Both the position numbers and the translations under genes were made by a program. The notes beneath the pieces are model-generated. The model had not been told where the DNA came from. It did not search any database and worked only from the letters and a program-made list of their open reading frames with translations. This document shows, one piece after another, positions 53,545 through 64,000 of a DNA stretch of 64,000 bases. The number at the start of each line of letters is the position of its first letter. Position 1 is the first letter of the stretch. The DNA is from Eledone cirrhosa (taxonomy: Eukaryota). Location of the stretch: the NCBI GenBank assembly GCA_964016885.1, contig OZ024742.1, positions 362,886,001-362,950,000 of the forward strand, read 5' to 3'.

Positions 53545-54431
53545 TTACGCCATATAAGACGCAGTGGAACCATTCCCTGGAAGAAATGATTGTCAACTGT
53601 ACTTTTTAAACATTAGGCAAAGCTGCGTTCACTATACAATGTATGTATTGTAGATTTCAGTGTAAGACCACAATAATTCACAATCTAACGACCTAATATT
53701 GGTGTTATATATTTGTAAATATTTTCCTTTACCCAGCCAAAAATTCATACATCCGACGTCCTTAATGTCCTCCAAACTGTTTCCACGTTTCTGTTTTGTT
53801 TTGGTATTGTATCTCAATATACAAATTATGTATGGGCTTCCATCTAAATAATTATAGTTTCCAAATTTAACGTTTTACCTGATCAAATTCAAGTATCTAT
53901 CAAGCAATAAACATCAATCTCCAATCAATAAAACTCCGAGACTATATTTATACATTCTAATTATATTTTGTAATATTCTATACACCAGCCTTAAATATCG
54001 GTGAACTCAAATAATACAAGTTAACCTTGTTTCGGCATTTTTTCTAGGCAGTTCATATGAAGCAGTGTGAGAAATAAAATAAAATCTGGTGATGGGGGAA
54101 AAACGGGATAGGGATACATGAGTTTATATGAAACATTGTAGGATGATATGTGGTGATGATTGTTTTGTAGGGAATCAGGACAATTGTATGTAGATGCCAT
54201 TTTAACTGAAAATGAAGCTTTTGTTTTTCTCATTAAATCTTAACGCCCACATGAATAGGATATGCTTGGACATTATGAAACGGCAACTATAGAAATGCAA
54301 CCCAACACTCGGTGGAATAGTAGGGGAAACACTTTTGACACACTTGTCTTGGATAATTTTAAACTGTTGAAGTCCATTCCTCTCCAAGATATTATCAACG
54401 AAAGAAATGGAGGGAGAGAGAGAAAGAGAGA

Positions 54432-54467
<36 letters not shown>

Positions 54468-55470
54468 TAAAAATAGAAAGACGAATATCAAAGTTGACCA
54501 CATTGACAGAAAAACTACTAAAGAATACGATACGATGACCCTAACGATTCTCTCAATTCGTCAGCTTACATCTTGATGGCATTCTGCTTTAGGACTTTCA
54601 TTGAAGTGTGTGTCAATCTGCTCTGAGTCACATCCCCTGATGAATAGGTGGTGAAGTGACGCACAAGAGCATTACTTTCAGGTCTCGAATAATTGTGTCC
54701 CCTCTACAGTTATTAATTTTTCAGATTTATACCTACTCCCAGCCCCCTTATTAAAACATTGCTAACCCATCCCCGGCGTTAAGTGATAACATTCCTGCGA
54801 CAAGTGAGTGAAGGAGACAGACCATCAACGCAAACTGGCACTTGATTAGACAACGAAAGATGTTATTATATAGGCACAAAAGGGGCCGTGGATTGGCAGT
54901 ATCGGTAGCAGGTCGGATGCCACGCATTGCAGCATAGAGTTACGGCCATATATGATCTGAGTTCAAATCCCGCTGAAGTTAACTTTGCCTTTCATCCTTA
55001 CGGGGTCGATAAAATAAAGTTTCAGTCACGCACTGGGGTCGATTTAATCGACTTTCCCCTCCCCAAAAATTGCAGGCCTGCCTATATAAGAAACCATTAT
55101 ATAAGCAGATATAAATATATTTTCTGAATATACGTTCAAAGACCCCAACAAGAACAACAACGACAAAAAACATAGTATCAATGACATCAATTTTTAAATA
55201 ACAAACATTTATTACAAGAAATCTCATAGGTTATGAAATAAATAGGATGGGTTGGGTCTCAAAATGTAAACGAAACGACTAATTCTAGTTTCTAAAAACA
55301 TTACCGGAGACAACCTGGAAAAGTTACCAATTTTCCCACCCCACCGCTTCTTCCAACAAAGTATGTGTACAATTAACGGATACAATTATACAAAATAACG
55401 CCTTACAGTGTTTCCAGCTCGAGGCTTCTCACTTCCTATCAACTGCCTGCTTTCTTCGCTCGTTTTACGA
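53545..55470 (-). other. Candidate small spliced transcription unit (3 exons, ~69-aa ORF or lncRNA)
   Basis: Minus strand: donor CACT|gtaagg at 55407; exon 54205-54026 (ttcattttcag|...AAG|gttaac) with AAAATGG; acceptor tttcttccag| at 53576. Confidence 0.3.
54885..55097 (+). mobile_element. tRNA SINE S1-related
   Basis: ggattggcagtatcggtag...gttcaaatccc...actttgcctttcatccttacggggtcgataaaat. Confidence 0.85.
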
Positions 55471-55492
55471 GGAAACCATATAATTAACATCG

Positions 55493-55532
55493 TATTTATA
55501 CTCCGTTCCAAAAGTGTGATTATTGATATTGG
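55493..55532 (-). promoter_or_regulatory. Putative CCAAT + TATA promoter
   Basis: Minus strand CCAAT (55532-55528) and TATAAATA (55500-55493), about 85 nt upstream of a GTAAGG donor. Confidence 0.3.
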
Positions 55533-55574
55533 CTCTATCTGGAGTTCCACAGAAGCAGGTGGAGAAGTTCAAGT

Positions 55575-56105
55575 GTCTATGGGCTGTGTGATGGAAGGCA
55601 GGAAGCTGAATTAAGTGCAAGAATTCCAGGATCAGGTGCAGTAATGCTCCAGCTTCAGCATTCGGTAGTCAGAGGACGGGAGGTAGGTGTAAAGCCGAAT
55701 TCGCTGTCTTCAAATCGGTATTCGTGCCAACCCCTACGTATCGTCATGAAATAATTCGATTGCGCATAAAAGCGGCCGAAATGGGGTTTCTTCGAAGAGT
55801 CTTGGGAGTAACGTTATTCGATAGAGTACGTAGCTCAGAGAGTAGAGAGCCACTCTAGGTGATCACAGCTCCGGTAGTATGGGCATGTGGTTAGAATGTC
55901 TTAGGAAAGAATCGCTTGACAGATTTTACGAGCAAACCAAACTGGTAGGTTACCCAGGGATAGAAACCGAGCAAGTTAACATCCATTAGCTTGGATGGTT
56001 TCTCTTCGGGATCCAGCTGGATCAGTTGGATAAGGTTGCTGCTGAGGACGCCCTGGAAGGAGTGTTTGAGGACTCTGCCTCCACAACCTTTCCAGCAATA
56101 AGTGG
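55575..56105 (+). mobile_element. RTE LINE 3' fragment (degenerate)
   Basis: Homologous to 17120-17395. Contains the RIKAAEMGFLRRVLGVTLFDRVRSSE motif. Confidence 0.85.
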
Positions 56106-56288
56106 GCGAAGAAATTCAAGGAAGAGGAGGAGGAAGGTGAACGAGGAAGGTGACAAGTAGAAGAAGAAGGATATATCTGTGCATTGAATTCTTGAACATC
56201 TCTTTGTAGTACATTTATTATAAACATATACCCTTACACACACATATATATATATATATATACATACATATATATATATATACATACA

Positions 56289-56345
<57 letters not shown>

Positions 56346-56346
<1 letters not shown>

Positions 56347-56482
56347 ACGAAGGAAATGTGGTAAGGAACCAAGTGGACCATAACGCACCAAAGTACTCAA
56401 TACTTGGGGTAGTAGAGTGGGTAATAGGAACCAGTAAGACCCCGACGACTGAGCTCAAGCCGTTTCGACGGCTAATTCGCAG
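56346..56482 (-). mobile_element. Family E 3'-end fragment
   Basis: Highly similar to 22887-22998. Confidence 0.75.
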
Positions 56483-56483
56483 A

Positions 56484-56537
<54 letters not shown>

Positions 56538-56541
<4 letters not shown>

Positions 56542-57250
56542 AATTAGTATATCTACTAACATATATATACAGATGTATACCTATGCCAGCAAATATATAG
56601 GTTTTGTCTTAGTAACTTTGTGGGTCAATGCATGGGGATGCAGAACAATAATATGAGAGACGTAAAATAAGAAAATTATAAAAATTAACTTACTTACTAA
56701 AATTTCACTCCAAATAATTAGTTTCTGAAAGGGAATAAACATAGTTTATTTACGGAGAAGCCTTTCGTCATCAGGGAAGTCTATTCTCAGCTAAGTTTCC
56801 AGGCAATACGTGGACACAGGGAACTTATACAAAAATAATTCAGTGGATGGAAAAAAGCAAAGCGTGGACTAAGTTCCAAGCCATTGAAAAAATCACTGCC
56901 TACTGCGTCGGTGGTAAATTCAAAAGAATCAATCACCTGACATCGAGGTCAATCAGTGAAGAGTGGTTTGTTAAGAAGACAGCAGCCGAACTGTTACTAT
57001 AAACTATAGTAGCAGTTTTGGCCAATTTTGGCTCGACAAAATAATTTGGAGATAATTATAAAGAATTATTATATCTACTAACATATATATACAGATGTAT
57101 ACCTATGCCAGCAAATATATAGGTTTTGTCTTAGGAAATTTTAGTAAGTTAATTTATATAATTTTCTTATTTTACGTCTCTCATATTATTGTTCTGCATC
57201 CCCATGCATTGAACCACAAAGTTACTAAGACAAAACCTATATATTTGCTG
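56538..57250. mobile_element. Family D: 522-bp partial tandem unit with hammerhead and fold-back
   Basis: 56538-56611 is repeated at 57060-57134, and the sequence inverts at about 57136. Minus-strand hammerhead at 56707-56780: acttcc-CTGATGA-cgaaagg..aataaac(tat)gtttatt.cctttca-GAAA-CTAATTAT-TT-ggagt. Confidence 0.75.
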
Positions 57251-57599
57251 TATCAACTTTCTAAATCTATGTATCAACTTTCAGTCATTTTTCATTATAC
57301 GGAAACATATCCCAGCTTCTAAAAACAAAATCTAAGCTCATAGTATAGAGTTAGGTGTGCCATTAGTAGAAACATTTGATGAGCTAGCTATAAGGTTTAA
57401 AAGATAATCGAAGCTGAAACAATAAAGTGTTGCCTCAAGAAAATCTTGACAAAATATTCTAGGAGCTTATATGCTCTTACAACATCAACACAACAACAAC
57501 TGTATAAACAACAACAAGGACAGCAACAACACAAACTAGAGCTGGCAGAGCATCAAAAACGGTACTAACAATAACAACAGAAATCGCATCAAAGTAATC

Positions 57600-57720
57600 T
57601 GGGTTTTTAACGGATAGAATATGAAGTCATTAGAACGCTGGCCAGTTCTGAGTTAAAATCCTGCCGAGGTTCAACAATAACCCTTTCATCTTTTCGGGGT
57701 CTATAAAGAAGTAGCTCAGT
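57600..57720 (+). mobile_element. Degenerate tRNA SINE
   Basis: tctgagttaaaatcctgccgaggt...cctttcatcttttcggggtctataaa. Confidence 0.55.
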
Positions 57721-57758
57721 GTTGAAGTGGTATTCTCTCCATCTAGCTGCAACATGCT

Positions 57759-60700
57759 GTCCCCCTGTATCAGCTGTGGCTGTGGTAGTTGATAGGTCTC
57801 AGTCAATGACCCCCTGTATCAGCTGTGACTGTGGTAGTTGATAGGTCTGAGTCAATGACCCCCTGTATCACTAGTGGCTGTGGTAGTTGATAGGTCTCAG
57901 TCAATGACCCCCCGTATCACAAGTGGCTGTGGTAGTTGATAGGTCTCAGTCAATGACCCCCTGTATCACTAGTGACTGTGGTAGTTGATAGGTCTCAGTC
58001 AATGACCCCCTGTATCAGTTGTGACTGTGGTAGTTGATAGGTCTAAGTCAATGACCCCCTGTATCAGTTGTGGCTGTGGTAGTTGATAGGTCTCAGTCAA
58101 TGACCCCCTGTATCAGTTGTGGCTGTGGTAGTTGATAGGTCTCAGTCAATGACCCCCTGTATCAGTTGTGGCTGTGGTAGTTGATAGGTCTCAGTCAATG
58201 ACCCCCTGTATCAGTTGTGACTGTGGTAGTTGATAGGTCTCAGTCAATGACCCCCTGTATCACTAGTGACTGTGGTAGTTGATAGGTCTCAGTCAATGTC
58301 CCCCTGTATCATTTGTGGCTGTGGTAGTTGATAGGTCTCAGTCAATGACCCCCTGTATCAGTTGTGGCTGTGGTAGTTGATAGGTCTCAGTCAATGACCC
58401 CCTGTATCAGTTGTGACTGTGGTAGTTGATAGGTCTCAGTCAATGACCCCCTGTATCACTAGTGACTGTGGTAGTTGATAGGTCTCAGTCAATGTCCCCC
58501 TGTATCATTTGTGGCTGTGGTAGTTGATAGGTCTCAGTCAATGACCCCCTGTATCAGTTGTGTCTGTGGAGGTTGATAGGTCTCAGTCAATGACCCCCTG
58601 TATCAGCTGTGACTGTGGTAGTTGATAGGTCTCAGTCAATGACCCCCTGTATCACTAGTGACTGTGGTAGTTGATAGGTCTCAGTCAATGACCCCCTGTA
58701 TCAGTTGTGACTGTGGTAGTTGATAGGTCTCAGTCAATGACCCCCTGTATCAGTTGTGGCTGTCGTAGTTGATAGGTCTCAGTCAATGACCCCCTGTATC
58801 AGTTGTGGCTGTGGTAGTTGATAGGTCTCAGTCAATGACCCCCTGTATCACTAGTGACTGTGGTAGTTGATGGGTCTCAGTCAATGACCCCCTGTATCAG
58901 TAGTGGCTGTGGTAGTTGATAGGTCTCAGTCAATGACCCCCTGTATCACTAGTGACTGTGGTAGTTGATAGGTCTCAGTCAATGACCCCCTGTATCAGTT
59001 GTGACTGTGGTAGTTGAAAGGTCTCAGTCAATGAACCCCTGTATCAGTTGTGACTGTGGTAGTTGATAGGTCCCTGTCAATGACCCCTGTATAACTAGTG
59101 GCTGTGGTAGTTGATAGGTCCCAGTCAATGACCCCCTGTATCAGTAGTGGCTGTGGTAGTTGATAGGTCTCAGTCAATGACCCCCTGTATCACTAGTGGC
59201 TGTGGTAGTTGATAGGTCCCAGTCAATGACCCACTGTATCAGTTGTGGCTGTGGTAGGACATAGGTCTTAGTCAATGAACCCCTGTATCACTAGTGGCTG
59301 TGGTAGTTGATAGATCTCAGTCAATGACCCCCTGTATCAGTTGTGGCTGTGGTAGTTGATAGGTCTCAGTCAATGACCCCCTGTATCAGTTGTGATTGTG
59401 GTAGTTGATAGGTCTCAGTCAATGACCCCCTGTATCATTTGTGACTGTGGTAGTTGATAGGTCTCAGTCAATGACCCCCTGTATCAGTTGTGACTGTGGT
59501 AGTTGATAGGTCTCAGTCAATGACCCCCTGTATCAGTTGTAGCTGTGGTAGTTGATAGGTCCCAGTCAATGAACCCCTGTATCAGTTGTGACTGTGGTAG
59601 TTGATAGGTCCCAGTCAATGACCCCCTGTATGTATCAGTTGTGACTGTGGTAGTTGATAGGTCCCAGTCAATGACCCCCTGTATCAGTTGTGACTGTGGT
59701 AGTTGATAGGTCTCAGTCAATGACCCCTGTATCAGTTGTGGCTGTGGTAGTTGATAGGTCTCAGTCAATGACCCCCTGTATCAGTTGTGACTGTGGTAGT
59801 TGATAGGTCACAGTCAATGACCCCCTGTATCAGTTGTGACTGTGGTAGTTGATAGGTCCCAGTCAATGACCCCATGTATCAGTTGTGACTGTGGTAGTTG
59901 ATAGGTCTCAGTCAATGACCCCCTGTATCAGTTGTGACTGTGGTAGTTGATAGGTCTCAGTCAATGACCCCCTGTATCAGTTGTGACTGTGGTAGTTGAT
60001 AGGTCTCAGTCAATGACCCCCTGTATCAGTTGTGGCTGTGGTAGTTGATAGGTCCCAGTCAATGACCCCCTGTATCAGTTGTGACTGTGATAGTTGATAG
60101 GTCCCAGTCAATGACCCCCTGTATCAGTTGTGACTGTGGTAGTTGATAGGTCCCAGTCAATGACCCCCTGTATGTATCAGTTGTGACTGTGGTAGTTGAT
60201 AGGTCTCAGTCAATGACCCCCTGTATCAGTAGTGGCTGTGGTAGTTGATAGGTCTCAGTCAATGACCCCCTGTATCAGTTGTGGCTGTCGTAGTTGATAG
60301 GTCTCAGTCAATGACCCACTGTATCAGTTGTAACTGTGGTAGTTGATAGGTCTCAGTCAATGACCCCCTGTATCAGTTGTGGCTGTGGTAGTTGATAGGT
60401 CTCAGTCAATGACCCCCTGTATGTATCAGTTGTGACTGTGGTAGTTGATAGGTCCCAGTCAATGACCCCCTGTATCAGTTGTGACTGTGGTAGTTGATAG
60501 GTCTCAGTCAATGACCCCTGTATCAGTTGTGGCTGTGGTAGTTGATAGGTCCCAGTCAATGACCCCCTGTATCAGTTGTGACTGTGGTAGTTGATAGGTC
60601 CCAGTCAATGACCCCATGTATCAGTTGTGACTGTGGTAGTTGATAGGTCTCAGTCAATGACCCCCTGTATCAGTTGTGACTGTGGTAGTTGATAGGTCTC

Positions 60701-63700
60701 AGTCAATGACCCCCTGTATCAGTTGTGACTGTGGTAGTTGATAGGTCTCAGTCAATGACCCCCTGTATCAGTTGTGGCTGTGGTAGTTGATAGGTCCCAG
60801 TCAATGACCCCCTGTATCAGTTGTGACTGTGGTAGTTGATAGGTCCCAGTCAATGACCCCCTGTATCAGTTGTGACTGTGGTAGTTGATAGGTCCCAGTC
60901 AATGACCCCCTGTATGTATCTGTTGTGACTGTGGTAGTTGATAGGTCTCAGTCAATGACCCCCTGTATCAGTAGTGGATGTGGTAGTTGATAGGTCTCAG
61001 TCAATGAACCCCTGTATCAGTTGTGGCTGTCGTAGTTGATAGGTCTCAGTCAATGACCCACTGTATCAGTTGTAACTGTGGTAGTTGATAGGTCTCAGTC
61101 AATGACCCCCTGTATCAGTTGTGGCTGTGGTAGTTGATAGGTCTCAGTCAATGACACCCTGTATCAGTTGTGGATGTGGTAGTTGATAGGTCTCAGTCAA
61201 TGACCCCCTGTATCAAATGTGGCTGTGGTAGTTGATAGGTCTCAGTCAATGACCCCCTGTATCAGTTGTGGCTGTGGTAGTTGATAGGTCTCAGTCAATG
61301 ACCTCCTGTATCACTAGTGACTGTGCTAGTTGATAGGTCTCAGTCAATGACCCCCTGTATCAGTTGTGGCTGTAGTAGTTGATAGGTCTCAGTCAATGAC
61401 CTCCTGTATCACTAGTGACTGTGCTAGTTGATAGGTCTCAGTCAATGAACCCCTGTATCAAATGTGGCTGCGGTAGTTGATAGGTCTCAGTCAATGACCC
61501 CCTGTATCAGTTGTGGCTGTGGTAGTTGATAGGTCTCAGTCAATGACCCCCTGTATCATTTGTGGCTGTGGTAGTTGATAGGTCTCAGTCAATGACCCCC
61601 TGTATCAAATGTGGCTGTGGTAGTTGATAGGTCTCAGTCAATGACCCCCTGTATCAGTTGTGGCTGTGGTAGTTGATAGGTCTCAGTCAATGACCCCCTG
61701 TATCAGTTGTGGCTGTGGTAGTTGATAGGTCTCAGTCAATGAACCCCTGTATCAGCTGTGACTGTGGTAGTTGATAGGTCTCAGTCAATGACCCCCTGTA
61801 TCAGTTGTGGCTGTGGTAGTTGATAGGTCTCAGTCAATGACCCCCTGTATCACTAGTGACTGTGGTAGTTGATAGGTCTAAGTCAATGACCCCCTGTATC
61901 AGTTGTGACTGTGGTAGTTGATAGGTCTCAGTCAATGACCCCCGGTATCAGTTGTGACTAGTGACTGTGGTAGTTGATAGGTCTCAGTCAATGACCCCCT
62001 GTATCAGTTGTGACTGTGGTAGTTGATAGGTCCCAGTCAATGACCCACTGTATCAGTTGTGGCTGTGGTAGGAGATAGGTCTCAGTCAATGACCCCCTGT
62101 ATCACTAGTGGCTGTGGTAGTTGATAGATCTCAGTCAATGACACCATGTATCAGTTGTGGCTGTGGTAGTTGATAGGTCTCAGTCAATGACCCCCTGTAT
62201 CAGTTGTGATTGTGGTAGTTGATAGGTCTCAGTCAATGACCCCCTGTATCAGTTGTGACTGTGGTAGTTGATAGGTCTCAGTCAATGACCCCCTGTATCA
62301 GTTGTGGCTGTGGTAGTTGATAGGAATCAGTCAATGTCCCCCTGTATCAGTTGTGACTGTGGTAGTTGATAGGTCTCCGTCAATGACCCCCTGTATCACT
62401 AGTGACTGTGCTAGTTGATAGGTCTCAGTCAATGACCCCCTGTATCAGTTGTGGCTGTGGTAGTTGATAGGTCCCAGTCAATGACCCACTGTATCAGTTG
62501 TGGCTGTGGTAGGAGATAGGTCTCAGTCAATGACCCCCTGTATCACTAGTGGCTGTGGTAGTTGATAGATCTCAGTCAATGACACCCTGTATCAGTTGTG
62601 GATGTGGTAGTTGATAGGTCTCAGTCAATGACCCCCTGTATCAGTTGTGATTGTGGTAGTTGATAGGTCTCAGTCAATGACCCCCTGTATCAGTTGTGAC
62701 TGTGGTAGTTGATAGGTCTCAGTCAATGACCCCCTGTATCAGTTGTGGCTGTGGTAGTTGATAGGACTCAGTCAATGTCCCCCTGTATCAGTTGTGACTG
62801 TGGTAGTTGATAGGTCTCCGTCAATGACCCCCTGTATCACTAGTGACTATGCTAGTTGATAGGTCTCAGTCAATGACCCCCTGTATCAGTTGTGGCTGTG
62901 GTAGTTGATAGGTCCCAGTCAATGACGCCCTGTATCAGTTGTGGCTGTGGTAGTTGATAGGTCTCAGTCAATGACCCCCTGTATCAGTTGAGACTGTGGT
63001 AGTTGATAGGTCTCAGTCAATGACCCCCTGTATCAGTTGTGACTGTGCTAGTTGATAGGTCTCAGTCAATGACCCCCTGTATCAGTAGTGGCTGTGGTAG
63101 TTGATAGGTCTCAGTCAATGACCCCCTGTATCAGTTGTGACTGTGGTAGTTGATAGGTCTCAGTCAATGACCCCCTGTATCACTAGTGGCTGTGGTAGTT
63201 GATAGGTCTCAGTCAATGACCCCCTGTATCAGTTGTGGCTGTGGTAGTTGATAGGTCTCAGTCAATGACCCCCTGTATCAGTAGTGGCTGTGGTAGTTGA
63301 TAGGTCTCAGTCAATGACCCCCTGTATCAAATGTGGCTGTGGTAGTTGATAGGTCTCAGTCAATGACCCCCTGTATCAGTTGTGGCTGTGGTAGTTGATA
63401 GGTCTCAGTCAATGACCCCCTGTATCAGTTGTGGCTGTGGTAGTTGATAGGTCTCAGTCAATGACCCCCTGTATCAGCTGTGACTGTGGTAGTTTATAGG
63501 TCTCAGTGAATGACCCCCTGTATCAGTTGTGGCTGTGGTAGTTGATAGGTCTCAGTCAATGACCCCCTGTATAACTAGTGACTGTGGTAGTTGATAGGTC
63601 TCAGTCAATGACCCCCTGTATCAGTTGTGACTGTGGTAGTTGATAGGTCTCAGTCAATGACACCCTGTATCAGTAGTGGCTGTGGTAGTTGATAGATCTC

Positions 63701-64000
63701 AGTCAATGACCCCCGGTATCAGTTGTGACTAGTGACTGTGGTAGTTGATAGGTCTCAGTCAATGACCCCCTGTATCAGTTGTGACTGTGGTAGTTGATAG
63801 GTCCCAGTCAATGACCCCCTGTATCAGTTGTGGCTGTGGTAGGAGATAGGTCTCAGTCAATGACCCCCTGTATCACTAGTGGCTGTGGTAGTTGATAGAT
63901 CTCAGTCAATGACCCCCTGTATCAGTTGTGGCTGTGGTAGTTGATAGGTCTCAGTCAATGACCCCCTGTATCAGTTGTGATTGTGGTAGTTGATAGGTCT
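57759..64000. repeat. 49-bp satellite (GACCCCCTGTATCAGTTGTGGCTGTGGTAGTTGATAGGTCTCAGTCAAT), >125 copies, runs past the window end
   Basis: Period 49 (aatgac at 57805 and 57854), with local higher-order repeats. Confidence 0.98.

Noticed and set aside
59517-60559. TETYQLPQ repeat ORFs in the 49-bp satellite
   Set aside because: 49 is not a multiple of 3. Frames stay open only through chance indels.

Overview
This is AT-rich, gene-poor eukaryotic DNA made almost entirely of repeats. The tRNA-SINE families and (TA)n density suggest a cephalopod such as Octopus, but that is an inference. Positions 1-25 kb and 48.5-57.7 kb are a mosaic of (TA)n/(GT)n/(TAA)n microsatellites carrying retroelement fragments: Penelope-like (PLE) RT and GIY-YIG pieces, many short PLE-end or retrozyme-like inserts with fold-back architecture, RTE, R4/Dong and CRE-like LINE 3' ends, and tRNA SINEs. 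A 21/23-bp satellite occupies 25.1-48.5 kb and contains a 6030-bp higher-order duplication. A 49-bp satellite runs from 57.76 kb to the window end. No intact protein-coding gene is recognisable, and most ORFs in the track are microsatellite artefacts. The strongest signals are four. (1) About 20 hammerhead ribozyme motifs, including four different sequence contexts with the compensatory U3-A8 core (UUGANAA) and several with very long stem II. (2) A 317-bp tandem, retrozyme-like unit carrying such a hammerhead. (3) Long hairpins whose imperfections are almost all G-U pairs on one strand (about 30 G-U vs 1 A-C at 19153-19386), suggesting RNA-level selection or ADAR-edited RNA copied back into DNA. 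(4) A 23-kb satellite whose monomer reads in frame with the C-terminal Cys motif of the adjacent RTE LINE. All pairings and counts were done by eye.
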